A stretch of DNA of 64,000 bases from Octopus sinensis (GCF_006345805.1 NC_043008.1:50840001-50904000), one strand, 5' to 3'. Shown: positions 40,118-52,925, counted from the stretch's first letter. The notes: a model not told the origin generated them from the sequence alone. A program made the numbers and translations.

Positions 40118-40430
40118 CTGCGCAAGAAAAGCAGAAAAAGGCATAAGAAAATATATACATCCCTACATATATATATATATATATATATATTGACATAAGA
40201 ATCTTTTGAGTAATAAGATAAAAAACCAAAGCTGTGTAGATATTAGAGCATTTATAGATAAATGCTCTAATATTGATGAGAGGAAAGGCATCCTTCGATA
40301 CAGAAATGTACCACAAGAAATTCCGACTCATGCAAGCATGGAAAAGTAGACATGAAAACAATGATGATGATGATGATGATGATGATGCAATATCATCATA
40401 AAGAAATAATAAAAATACATAATATCATAC

Positions 40431-40571
40431 CAATATGTGTAGTTTTTCCTCCTGGGGCTGAAGCCATGTCTAAAACAAACTCATTCTCTTGTGGCCCCAG
40501 TGCCATGACTGGTAACAGACTTGATCCACCTTGTAATATGTACTGACCCGACAAGTACTCAGGGGTAGCAC
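40431..40571 (-). CDS. NOP2: NOP2 exon 11 (GATPEYLSGQYILQG...DMASAPGGKTTHI), SAM-binding motif I
   Basis: ORF 40396..40593; ttttccag acceptor, GTATG donor. Confidence 0.97.
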
Positions 40572-41577
40572 CTGGAAAATCACCAAAGAACAACGTTTAT
40601 GCAAAAATTACAGGTGTCTCATCACCTTGCCACCCTGTATCGACCTTACTGCCATGAGCTAATGATTGAACATCTATGCTGTTACTCAATCTGCTAGAAA
40701 CAACAGCCAAATCTCTTTCAAAACACAGTTATTGTCTTATATAAAGAAAGAACCCATCATAACATCTTTTACTTGTTTCAGTCACTGGACTGCGGTCATG
40801 CTGGAGCAATTGTCTTGACAGGTTCAGTTGAACAGATCGACCCAGGTACTTTTTTTTTCTAAGCCTGGTGCTTATTCCATCAGTCTCTCTTGCTGAACTG
40901 TTATGTCATGGGGATGTGGAAAAAAAAAAACAACAACAGTTAGTAGTCAAGCAGTGGTCACACATGATGGGCTTCTTTCAGTTTCCATCTGACAAAGCCA
41001 CTAGCAAGACTTAGCTTGGCACAAGGCTACAGAAGACCCTTGTGCAAGGTGCCATGCAATGAGGCTGAAACAGAAACCCTGTGGTTAAGAAGCAAGCTTC
41101 TTCATTATACTAAATTTCAAATTTTAACACAATGCCCCTAATTCTAGTGGTATTTATTTTATCAACCGAGAGAGAACGAAAACTGAAGTTAAGTTTGATG
41201 GAATTTGAACTCAGAATGCAAAAGAACCAGAAATAAATGTTGCTAAGCATCTTGTCTGACATACTAATGATTCTGCTAATTAGCTGCCTCAACAACAACA
41301 ACAAAAGCAGCAGCAGGCGTTCAAGAATTTGGACCTGGAGATCTCAATTTCCAGCGACTTCAAGGGCCACCTCCTAGCGGTGTCGGGCGTCAACTAAGAG
41401 CCCTTGACTACAAGACGACCAAAGTTTTTTTTTTCCCAAGGTCTGGGGTCTCCCGCCCCTAAGCCCTAGACCATCACCCTTACCCGTCTTGTTGTTTAAC
41501 AACAACAACAACAACAGTACTACTACTAATAATAATAATAAATTTTCCAAAAGAAGTATAAATATTGCATCACTTAC

Positions 41578-41665
41578 CAATAGGGACTTGGGAATCATAA
41601 ACAACTAAACCAACTTTTGTCCACTTTCCCAAGGGATCCAAATTCACGCCACGATTGATTAATGC
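41578..41665 (-). CDS. NOP2: NOP2 exon 10 ([29 protein letters not shown])
   Basis: Conserved peptide with canonical splice sites. Confidence 0.96.
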
Positions 41666-42654
41666 CTAAAAGAGGTAAAAACAACAAAGAATCAATAAGT
41701 TTCAAAAAACAAAAAACCCCAAAAGAAATTCCTTCCTTATTCTTCTGTAGAGAAGAAATTGCCTTCTGGAAGTCTAAATTTTGAATACTGAGCACAATAC
41801 AAAACGGTAACGAAATCTCTTGTCTTTAATAAGGGAAGCACACCAATGGAGAAGGGAGTCTTAGAATTACCTGTAAAACAACCAAGTAGACATGGTTGGA
41901 TTACCTTTGATTGTAAGTCTGCAAGATCAAGGTTGACCTGGGGTTAAACAATTTAGCTGAATGGGATAATTAGACAAGAAGAAGTCCTTTGCCCAGAATG
42001 TCATGCAGTGAGACTGAACTCGAAACCACAAGGTCAGGGAGCCAGCTTCTTAACCGCAAAGCCACACCTAAATGTATTTGTGTTCAAGTGTGCTTATTCC
42101 CCCCCCCCTTCATGTTTGTGGAGGCATGTGGCTGAGGGGTTACGGTGTTGGACTCACGGTCGTAAGATTGTGGTTTCAATTCTTGGACCAGACGATGTCT
42201 GGCATTCTTGAGCAAGGCACTTCATTTCACGTTGCTCCAGTTCACTCAGCTGGCAAAAGGGAGTCAACTTGTAATGGACTAGCGTCCTATCCAGGTGGGG
42301 AATATATACACCATGAAACCAAGAAATTGACCCCTGTGAGTTAGTATGACTTGAGAAGGTAACCTTATCCTGTGTGTGCATTTGCTGACTGTAAACAAAA
42401 GACTCCTTCATTTGTTTCTAGTTCTCTGCATTATTCTGTCCAGGCCCTTTGTATTATTACGATACTTAGGTATTATTACGATACTTAGGAACAAGTAAGA
42501 ATTAAAACCAGGGTGGGAAATTGGCAGCAGAAACCCCCACCCCACCCCCAACATGGTCATGTCTGACCCATGGGAACATGGCAAAGTAGATGTAAAGATT
42601 TTTATGATGATGGTCAGGATTGATACAACACGAAGGACATAATGGTTATTAATA

Positions 42655-43000
42655 TTCACAAGTCAAATTCTGCAACACCACTACATCACATTTGAAAAAT
42701 GACATCACTTAAATGGCAACCATTCTTGGCTTCCCGCACACATGCCCTTTCCAAAACTTGCACCATAGCACCTTCAAGAGTTTCAGACCCCACTTCTCTG
42801 ATTTGACTTTTCTATTGATGTTCTCCTTCAGTTGCACCAGGGTCTCTGGTTTATTGATGTAAACCCTCTCTTCCAGGTATCCCCACAAGAAAACTTCCAG
42901 GCTAGTCAAGTCTGCGGAACACGAAGGGCAGTTGACATTGCCGTAGTGGGAAATTATTCTCTCTTCAAAGTACTGATTCCCAGTTTGCAAAAAAGCCTGT
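42655..43000 (-). mobile_element. Tc1/mariner transposase remnant
   Basis: CPSCSADLTSLEVFLWGYLEERVYINKPETLVQLKENI is a degenerate WPPRSPDL..DF.LWGYLK. Confidence 0.8.
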
Positions 43001-43048
43001 TTTTTTTAAAGAACTCAGATTAAATGTGGTACAAAGATTAATGCTGAC

Positions 43049-43138
43049 CTGCGCCAAATTCCTTCTGCGTGTTTTCAGAGTATTGACCCGTATGGTAACT
43101 GGACGTTCCACCTCACTGGCTTCCAAAAATTCAATGAT
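43049..43138 (-). CDS. NOP2: NOP2 exon 9 (IIEFLEASEVERPVTIRVNTLKTRRRNLAQ)
   Basis: Highly conserved NOP2 peptide; tttgtag acceptor, GTCAG donor. Confidence 0.96.
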
Positions 43139-44432
43139 CTACAAAGAAAGATTTCAGTATTGAAACATGGTTATATTTTTTATTTGTTTCAGTCATGAGA
43201 CTGTGGCCATGCTGGGGCATCACCTTGATGAATATTAGTTCAACAAATCAACCCTAGGACTTGTTTTTTAAGCCTAATACTATTGGTCTCTTTTGCTGAA
43301 CTGTCAAGTTTCAGGGATGTAAACACACCAACATCGGTTGTCAAATGGTGGGGGGGGGGACAAACAGACATAAAGATACACACACACACATATATATTTG
43401 TATACTCTTTATTTTTTTACTTGTTTCAGTCATTTGACTGCGGCCATGCTGGGGTACTGACTTTAGGTAAGCAAATTGACTCCAGGACATAGTCTTTGTA
43501 AGCCTAGTACTTATTCTATTGGTCTCTTTTCTCAAACTGCTAAGTTACAGGGATGTAAACACACCAGCATCAGTTATCAAGCAATGTTGGGAGGACAAAA
43601 ATAGACACACAAACAGATATATATATATGACGGTCTTCTTTCAGTTTCCGTCTACCAAATCCACTCACAAGGCTTTGGTCAACTCGAGGCTATAGTAGAA
43701 GGCACTTACCCAACGTGCCACGCAGAGGGACTGAACCCGGAACCATGTGGTTGGTAAGCAAGCTACTTACCACACAGCCACTCCTGCATATATCATCATC
43801 ATTTAACGTCTGTTTTCCATGCTGGCATGGGTTGGACGGTGTGACCAGGGTGGCAAGCTGCACCAGATTCCAGTTCTGTGATTTGGTATGGTTTCTATGG
43901 CGTTAGGAAGGGCATCCAGCCGTAGAAACACTGCTAAATCTGACTGGGCCTGATGAAGCCTCCCGGCTTCACAGACCCCAGTTAAACCGTCCAACCCATG
44001 CCAGCATGGAAAACGGACGCTAAATGATGATGATGATGATGATGCCCTTCCTAATGCCAACCACTCCACAGAGTATGCTGGGTGCTTTTACATGACGCCG
44101 CATGGGCCCTTTTATGTGGCACTGCATTGGCACTTTTCCCATGGCACTCTATGGGTGCTTTTACGTGATGTCATATATATATATATATATGAGAGGGCTT
44201 CTTTCAGTTTCTATCGACCAAATGCACTCACAAAGTTTTGGTTGGCCATGGCCATATTAGGGAACACTTGCCCTAGGTGTCACACGGTGAAATTGAACCT
44301 GGAACCATGTGGTTGGGAAGCAAATTATTTTACCACACACCCACATCTGTGCCTTATTTTTGCACACACACACACATGTACAGATATATATATATATATA
44401 TATATCAGAGAATGCGAGAGAGAGAGAGTTAC

Positions 44433-44535
44433 CTGATAGGGGAAGATCTCCATCAATTTCATCATAAGGTATTCATTATAATTATAATATTTACATAAGT
44501 CTTTCCTCAATCTTGCCACATATTCATATCGAGAC
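44433..44535 (-). CDS. NOP2: NOP2 exon 8 (SRYEYVARLRKDLCKYYNYNEYLMMKLMEIFPYQ)
   Basis: TACTAAC branch point at 44564-44570, polypyrimidine tract, tag acceptor, GTAAC donor. Confidence 0.95.
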
Positions 44536-46571
44536 CTAAAAGGAAAGAGAGAGAATAAAGTAGGTTAGTAACTTGTATATGGACAGAGGTGAGTGATGAC
44601 AGAGACAATGGTGGATGATGGCACAAATAGAGTAGTCACTGTAGGGCAGAGATTCTTAAGAGTAAGACTGAATGCATAGGTTAGTAACTTCAATATGGAC
44701 AGACGGTGAGTGATGATGACAGACAGTGGTGAATGATGATGACAAATGAGTGATGATTTCGACCATTTTATACAATTCCCTCTCTCTCTTTCGGAGAGGC
44801 ACTGAGCACCTACACGCACACATACACACACGGCAGTAACTTCCTCCTACCGAATTCAATCACAAAGCTTCGGTCGACTCCGGGCTATAGCAGAAGACAC
44901 CTGTCCAGAGTGCCGCGCAGTGGGACTGAACCCGAAACCATATAGCCAGGAAGCAAGCTCCCTAACCACACAACCATGCCAGCGTTGTAGCAATTGTTAT
45001 TTCAAGTCACAGACCTCCCAGGTATGAACTAGTACCAGGGGTGGAACCTATTGTCAATCAAGCAGACACGTGTATCTATACCCACAATAAAGTTTAATTT
45101 CTTGACCAAACGGATGTGGCGTATGAGGTGAGGCCATTTCACAGGTGTTGAGTTCAAACCAATTACAGGTGTTGCTTTATTAATTTACCGGAGCAGCAGG
45201 TAGATTATGAAACTGGGAAATGAAAATAGAAAATAAAATATCCCCAATGCTCCGGCTGTATTATGGCACAAGCTGATGAGATATAATTCCCTTCAATTCC
45301 TGGATACGCTGTGTAGGGACTGGCATGTCAAAGAATAGACCCATTTCGTCTGCATGTTGTAAAAGGTAACTAAAAGGGGTTAAGGTAGGATTTGCACTCT
45401 GACCTTAAAAAAAGCCCTCACCAGCAATGACTACCTAAATAGACCAATGGGTTGGAGAATTGTCGCATGAGTGGGTGCAAAGATATCGTCTTATTTCTTT
45501 ATTGCCCACAAGGGTCTAAACATAGAGGGGACAAACAAGGACAGACAAAGGGATTAAGTTGATTACATTGACCTCAGTGCATAACTGGTACTTATGTAAT
45601 CGACCCCGAAAGGATGGAAAGCAAAGTCGACCTCGGCGGAATTTGAACTTAGAATGTAACAGCAGATGAAATACCGCTAAGCACTTCGTCCGGCTTGCTA
45701 ACGTTTCTGCCGGCTTGCAAAGATATCTGCCAGGAATAAGGAATCACCAACAAACGGTGGATGAAGTGATGCATTCTTACATCACATGCTCCCCTAATAC
45801 TACTACTTGCCAGTTCTCAGCCAAACCGAACAACCCATGCCAGCATGGAAAGCGGATGTTCAATGACGACAACTACTACTACCACCACCTGGACGGAACA
45901 CCTGTCTACCATAGTCAACATTCTCTAAGATGATCAACTAATATTTATTCTAAGCAGTCTAGGGATTTGCCACAGGTGTCTACTTCCAAAGATGGAGACT
46001 CTGTGCAGTTACCTGACTTGCAAAAATTATCAGGTAAATCTCAATCACATCAAATGACCTGCCTTGAAACAGGAAGGATGCATTAGATAATGTGGCTTGA
46101 GATATACAAAAGACAGGATGGTCACGGTTGGAACATTTTTGATAGCAAGAAATGGATATACATGATTCCCATGCAGTAAAGATAGCCTTGACTTGAAGTT
46201 AAAGAATAATGATGAAATCCCTATTGTTGTAAAGTGGTCTTTTGCCACTGTTGTATCTGTCTTTTGACAACAGTTGTTATATTCCAAAGTCATCCATAGA
46301 ATGTTCTATCAGGCACTGTATGACCCCCGGTTGTACAGTGTTAGTATCCTCAAAACGTTGGATCATTATAACATCCACTCAGTATCACAGTATAATTACT
46401 ACATCAGCACAAACACAACTATCAACACAGGCTACACACACTCTCGACCTTCTGACCTGCTACTGGTTTATTTATAATGGCTGGCTACTACCACTTCTTA
46501 CCAGGAGGAGTGTACAGTTTCACTATACAACAAAACTAAAAGAATCAACAAAGAAAATAATCTTTACTTAC

Positions 46572-46665
46572 GTGTCTTCCTGTCGTCTCTCTTTGAAATT
46601 TGCCAAAACATGAATAACTTCTCGTATTCTGTGCTGAATGAGTACCAGGTCTGGAACTAATTTTT
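46572..46665 (-). CDS. NOP2: NOP2 exon 7 (EKLVPDLVLIQHRIREVIHVLANFKERRQEDT)
   Basis: Follows the AC acceptor; PDL..RI motif; GTAAG donor. Confidence 0.9.
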
Positions 46666-48734
46666 GTGTGCAAAGTTATGGAAAGTAACCAAAATTTAGA
46701 ACTGATGCCTACAGTCATAGAACACAAAACAGAAGATGAGTCAACAAGGAAACTTCTATGCTAGGCCTCAGAGAAATAGTAGCCAAATGTCCCTCAAACA
46801 CCACACATCTTAACTCTTTAGCATTCAAATTATTCTGTCAAATGCAATGCTTATTTACTCACACTGTTTTAAATTGCATTAACTTATAGATTTGAGATTT
46901 TGGTGAGATAACTGTTATAGTAGGATCGGTATGAGGGGCCAGACACAGCTAGTTTAACCCTTTAGCATTTAAACCGGCCAAAAGTATTCTGCCTGTTTTA
47001 TGTTCAAACTGGCCAGATCTGGTCTCTCACACCAACCCTACAATATCATTTTAAAAATTAACAGCTACCTCATCAAAATCTCATAGCTACAAGATAATGC
47101 ATGATTAGTTCAAAGCAATGTGGATGAAGAAGCATTAATTGTGGCAGAATAATGTGAACACTAAAGGGTTAAACATCAAACAGGTAGAATATTTCGGTCA
47201 GATATGGCCAGTTTAAATAAAATCTACATTGGCCAATGTAATCACTTATATACACATTATCAATATCTGAAGCATCTTATCAAATATAATTGGCTTCAAG
47301 AATATGGCTTAGATTCAGGAAGATGCTGGATGAAATGGTGAGAAAGAATCTTTGGATGCTGGGCCCCATTGAAGAAATGACTAGGGACCAGAAGATGTGG
47401 CGATTTGCTGTACTTGATAAAAAATGTCAAGCTAAGTAAAAATGTTGTCTTCCACATATACGGGCTTGTCCTTTCAGGTACGTCTTATTTTCCCCAGCTG
47501 AGTGGACTGGAGCTACATGAAATAAACTGTCTGGCTCAAGGATACAACGTGCCGCCGGGAATTGAACTCACAATCTTACGATCGTCAGCCTAATGCCCTA
47601 ACCACCAAGCTACGCGCCTTCACTGATGGCTACCAAATGGAGAGGTGAATGAAGTTGGGGTGGGCGATGGACGTTTTTAGCAATTACATTAAAAAGGGAA
47701 GTAATAAGAAAACAAGGGAGGCTACTCAACACAGCCATTACTCTAAAAACGTTTTTTCTGTTGAAATACAGGGCATCGGTTTTAATTTTGAAAATAATGA
47801 ATTTAATTAGCATTATCAAGCTTGGGTTCGGGAGGAACCGTGTGGTAAGAAGCTTGTTTACCAGCCACATGGCTCTGGAAACTGAAAGAAACCTGTCGTA
47901 CGTATGTGTGTGTTTGTGTTTGTACCCCACTACTGCATGTGACAACTTGTGTTGGTGTGTTTATGTTCCCATAACTTAGCGGTTCAGCAAAATAAACTGA
48001 TGGAATAAATACCAGGCTTGAAAAGTAAGTTCTAGAGTCAATTTATTTGACTAAAATCCTTCAAGGCAGTGCCCCAGTATGGCCGCAGTCTAATGACTGA
48101 CACAAGTAAAAGATAAAAGACATCAAATTCAATGGAAAATTTTCGTTAAAATTCCTTTAAAAGAGAAAGCTTTTGCATCACAGAACCAGAGACAATTTCT
48201 GGCAGGTTGGCATCAAAAGTATTAACACAAATACAAGTGTGCCACTGGTTTTCCAGCAACTGATGGTTTGGCACCTCCTTAACCCTTTCGTTACTGTATT
48301 TATTTTGAGATGTTCTGTGTTTCTTTCAATTATTTTAAATATAACAAAGAATTTAGTAAAATAACTTTGCTATCATTAAGTTAGTGTTAGAAACATAAAT
48401 TGTGACTAAGGTTTGGTGGAAGATTTTAATTCAAAACTTATGAAAACAAGATATTTGTACTAGAGAGCTGGGTTGGTACCGAAAGGGCTAAATCTACATA
48501 AATTATGAGCAGGAACATCATGCATGAGAAGACCCAGCAAGCCAAGTGAGACCAGTCTCCTGTCAAAACGTCCAACCCATGCCAGCATGGAAAGTGGAAG
48601 TTAAACAATGATGATGATTATGATGCATTACCTCATAGCTTTGAGATTGATTTGTAGTGTAGGTGTAAAAAGCTGTCAAGGTTTGGAATGAAGTATATTG
48701 GTAAAATATGAACATAGAAGAAAAAAAAGGATAT
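46666..48734 (-). other. U12-type (minor spliceosome) AT-AC intron, NOP2 intron 6
   Basis: 5' end ATATCCTTTT; branch-site-like TTTCCATAAC at 46675-46684; 3' end TTTGCACAC|. No GT donor or in-frame AG acceptor lies nearby, and this boundary restores the frame EIEAE-E-KLVPDL. Confidence 0.9.
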
Positions 48735-48820
48735 CTTCAGCTTCAATTTCTTGACCAGAGGGCAGAACAAACTTTTCGGTTTTTTTGATGCTGGACATCA
48801 ATTCCTCTTCCCCGAGTTCA
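48735..48820 (-). CDS. NOP2: NOP2 exon 6 (ELGEEELMSSIKKTEKFVLPSGQEIEAE)
   Basis: ttttcag acceptor; conserved FVLP; ends at a U12-type donor G|ATATCCTTTT. Confidence 0.92.
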
Positions 48821-49934
48821 CTGAAAAGAAAATACGTTTACACAATAAGAAATCTAAGCATTGACATTAACATCCTTCTTCCATGCTGGCATGGGTTGGA
48901 AGGGTTTGACAGGATCTAATGGGCCCAAGGATGGTATTGTGCACTGATGTCTACTTTGGGATGGTTTCTATGGCTAGATGCCTCAGTGGTTACAGCCTAA
49001 GGCTCACAATCATGAGGTCATGAGTTCAATTCCTGGACCAAGTGTTCTTGAGCGAGACACTTTATTTTCAAGTTGTTCCAATTCACTCAGCTGTAGAAAT
49101 GAGTTGTGACGTCACAAGTGCCAAGCTTTATCGACCTTTACCTTTCCTTTGGATAACATCAGTGGCATGGAGAGGCAAGGCTCATATGCATGGGCGACTG
49201 CTGGTCTTCTATAAACAGCCTTGCCCTGACTTGTGCCTCAGAGAATAACTTTCTAGGTGCAATCCAATGGTCATTCATGACCAAAAGGGGTCTTTACCTT
49301 TTTTTTGCTATGGCTGGATGCCCTTCCTAATGCCAACCTCTTTACATGTGCTGGGTGCTCATTATGGTCACAAAGTAGCTGTATTCTTGAAAATGAGGGT
49401 AGAAATAAGGGACAAGAGGGTGGGGCAGAGCAGGTTCTTGCATTAGGAGCGACATGGCTACTCACATGTAGGGAAGAGAGTATGAAAAAATCAGTCGTGG
49501 GTGTGGAGAGATAAATAGTGGTGCCACACAAAAAGCACGTGTGATGGTGCCATGCAAAAAGCATTGGTGATGGCACCATGTAAAAAGCACTGGTGACGGT
49601 GCCACATAAAACACATTGGTAATTGTGCCATGTAAAAAAAGCATTGTTAATGGTCTCACGTAAAAAGCACTGAGTAAAATCAGTAAAGTGGTTGGTGACA
49701 TTAGGAAGGGTATCCAGCTGTAGAAACCCTGCCAAAACAGCCCATAGAACCTGGGACAGATCCTGGCCTTGCTAGCTCTTGTCAAGCTGCCCAACCCATG
49801 CCCGCTTGAAAAATGGAAAAACGAAAAGGGAAAAGATTTTGTTTTACATCTTCTCTCCATTCAATATTTCAAGAATTCTCCTCTCACCAATTATGATAAA
49901 CAAAGAACCACAAGACAAAAGCAAATAAACTTAC

Positions 49935-49990
49935 GCATCTCGCTTCTCTTTCTTCCGTATCTTTGCAGATTTCTTCTCTATGGGAAGCAA
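49935..49990 (-). CDS. NOP2: NOP2 exon 5 (LLPIEKKSAKIRKKEKRD)
   Basis: ccag acceptor, GTAAG donor; conserved LLPIE motif. Confidence 0.92.
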
Positions 49991-50180
49991 CTGGTGTTTT
50001 AAATAACAAATAAATAAACAAAAACGAACAATTAATTAAATGTAAGATTCGTTAGATGTCAGGTCAAACAATTGAAGTGCTATGCACTTGCATACAACAT
50101 CAAATCATTCTAATGGTTTCTATGGCTGGATGCCCTTCCTAACGCCAGCCCCTTCACAACATGTACAGAATGCACATTAA

Positions 50181-50390
50181 CCCTTTCATTACCAACCCGG
50201 CTCTGGCTCTGAGTACAAATGTCTTGTTTTCATAAGTTTTGAATAAAAATCTTCCACCAAATCTTAGTCACAATTAATGTTCCTAACATTAACTTAATGA
50301 TAACTAAGTTGTTTTACTAAATTTTTTGTTATATTTTAAGTAATTGAAAGAAACACAGAGCATCTCAACAGAAATACAGTAATGAAAGGG
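50181..50390. mobile_element. piggyBac-type MITE (related copies at 48283-48487, 55182-55395 and 55549-55705; second family at 46958-47168)
   Basis: TTAA|CCCTTT...AAAGGG|TTAA termini and a shared internal sequence. Confidence 0.85.
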
Positions 50391-51253
50391 TTAAGGTCTG
50401 AAGCACTAGTAAAGTTGCCATTACAGCGCTAGTGCCTGTATACAACATCGGATCATTTTGATATGGGAGTCTGAGACGTTATGGCACAGCTGTTTTGGCA
50501 CTGCCTAACTGGCATGACTCATTTGACGCGGATTTATTTGACATCAGACATTTTCATGCTTTTCTCATTCTCTCCCTCTTTGGTTCTGCGTGAGCATATC
50601 AACACAAACTGGGAACAAACCTGTATTTATACACCTCAATGCTTAGCACATCAACACCATATTTTACTCATGGTGAGCCACCGATTAGCGCAACCAGTTA
50701 CAGCAAGTGTCTTCTACTATGCCTCAGGCTGACCAAAGCCTTGTGAGTGGATTTGGTCAACGGAAACCGAAAGAAGCCCATCATATATATATATGTGTGT
50801 GTGTGTGTTTGTCCCCCCACCATCGCTTGGCAACTGATGCTGGTGTGTTTACGTCCCTGTAACTTAGTGGTTCAGCAAAAGAGGCCAATAGATAGATTAA
50901 GTACTAGGCTTACAGTGAATAAGTCCTGGGGTCAATTTGTTTGACTAAAGACGGTGCTCCAGCATGGCTGCAGTCAAATGACTGAAACAAGTAGAAGAGT
51001 ATATATAAATATCATCATCATCATTAACCATCCCACCTTTCACGCAGGCAGGGGTCAGACAGTTTGACAGGGGTGCTGGCCAGGCAGAAGACTCCCCTAA
51101 GCTACTGTGTCTGTTTTTGGCAGGATTTTTACAGCCGAATGCCCTTCCTAACGCCAACCACCCAGCAGGGTGGACTGCATATCTATCAAATCTCCTTCAT
51201 CAGATTACAACAAAAACAAAATAAAGAAGCAGAGACTGTAAATACAAACTTAC

Positions 51254-51538
51254 ATCGTCATCATCATCACCAGTATCATCATCGTCTTCATCACTTGTAC
51301 TATCAGCCTCTTCTGCATCACCATCGTCTTCCTCATCATCCTCCTCCTCATCATCATCATCTGCCTTATCCCCGCCTTCTTCTTCTTCCTCATCATCATC
51401 ACTGCTGATACCAGGAATCTCGTCATCTGGGAGTTCACTATCATCACTGTCAGCTTCAAAAAGGGGTTTGCGCTCAGGTTTGGGACTAAGGGTTTCCTCA
51501 GCCTTGTCTTCTGAAGAGGATTCCTCAGAGGATTCCTC
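51254..51538 (-). CDS. NOP2: NOP2 exon 4, acidic region (EESSEESSSEDK...DDDDD)
   Basis: ttcag acceptor, GTAAG donor, 285 nt in frame; lies within ORF 51200..51673. Confidence 0.92.
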
Positions 51539-51807
51539 CTGAATTACAGAATAAAATAAGACAAATAAAGAAAGGAAGACAAAGAAAAACATTGTATCTA
51601 AATTAAAACGAAAAAAAAAAATTTGATTACACACACACACACACATATATATATAAGTACACACATAAATCACCTTTACAATTTGAAAAATGAAAAATAA
51701 GGATAATTCACAAGAATTTATAAGAAAAAATAGGTAATTAAATTAAAACTTTAATTCTTATATATATATATAGGTGAGAAAGTTGGTGTGTGAAAGCATG
51801 TGGTTGA

Positions 51808-52210
51808 ATATATAGAAAATAGTAAAAAGTGAAAAAACTACAGAAGGCTTGTTTTAAAAGGTTAAAAAATATATATTTGAGTCATTATGTCAGAAGAATG
51901 TTGTAAAGTTTTTTCATACAGTGACATAGTTTTTGAAGAAATTCCCGGTTTCGTGTTTAACTTTTCAAATTTCTCAAAACATTGCGTTATGACTTCGGGA
52001 ACTCTTCTTTACACTTCTTAACGAAGTCATAACGCAATGTTTTGAGAAATTTGAAAAGTTAAACACGAAACTGGTAATTTCTTCAAAAACTATGTCACTG
52101 TATGAAAAAAATTTATAACATTCTTCTGACATAATGACTCAAATATATATTTTTGAACCTTTTAAAACAAACCTTCTGTAGTTTTTTCACTTTTTACTAT
52201 TTTCTATATA
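51808..52210. repeat. Inverted repeat, arms of about 185 bp and a spacer of about 25 bp, NOP2 intron 3
   Basis: About 6 mismatches between the arms by eye. Confidence 0.93.
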
Positions 52211-52437
52211 TATATATATCACCGTGACCAACCAGGCTATCAGATGTTGCTACACATCGCTGGTCACAATGCGCTTCGCATTGTTTTAGCCTTCAAATGT
52301 TGCCACCCCGCTGGCTAAGCGAGCAGGCCAATATATATCTATATCTATATATATATATATATATATATATGTAGGTCCCGGGTTGATTCGGGGTTAACCA
52401 CAGTAAATAAGGTACTCAATACATAGCAGAGTAAAAT

Positions 52438-52573
52438 TAATTTATTATATAGAAGGAGCTTCTACAGGACTAGAACTGTTTCATTCAAGAGAAATCTTCA
52501 GGAAGCTTCCTGAAGATTTCTCTTGAATGAAACAGTTCTAGTCCTGTAGAAGCTCCTTCTATATAATAAATTA
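52438..52573. repeat. Perfect 136-bp spacerless palindrome in NOP2 intron 3
   Basis: Centred on AAGCTT (52503-52508); arms match base for base as read. Confidence 0.95.
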
Positions 52574-52892
52574 TATATATATATATAGATATATATATAC
52601 ATATGTGTGTGTGTACATATATGTACATTATAATATATATGAAAAACAGGCAAAAACTGATGAGAGATCCTTTTCTTTATGTTGCTTGTCTTGGTTTCCA
52701 CCTGTTTCTTTCATTGTTCGCAAAAAAAGTCCACATTCCATGTTTTTGTATTTCGTATGTTGTTTATGTTCTGTGGTGTCCTTTGCCCATATATGCATGT
52801 GTATATACATATATATGTATGTATGCACATATGTATGTGTTTATATGTATATATATTTATATATTATTCATATTATTATATGAGTGAACGCC

Positions 52893-52925
<33 letters not shown>

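Larger units (their letters stand above)
36890..40185. repeat. Tandem duplication, two units of about 1.64 kb bounded by (TA)n tracts
   Basis: Units about 36908-38525 and 38552-40166; offset 1644, then 1643, then 1641; I see only a 1-nt indel and a 2-nt microsatellite difference. Confidence 0.97.
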
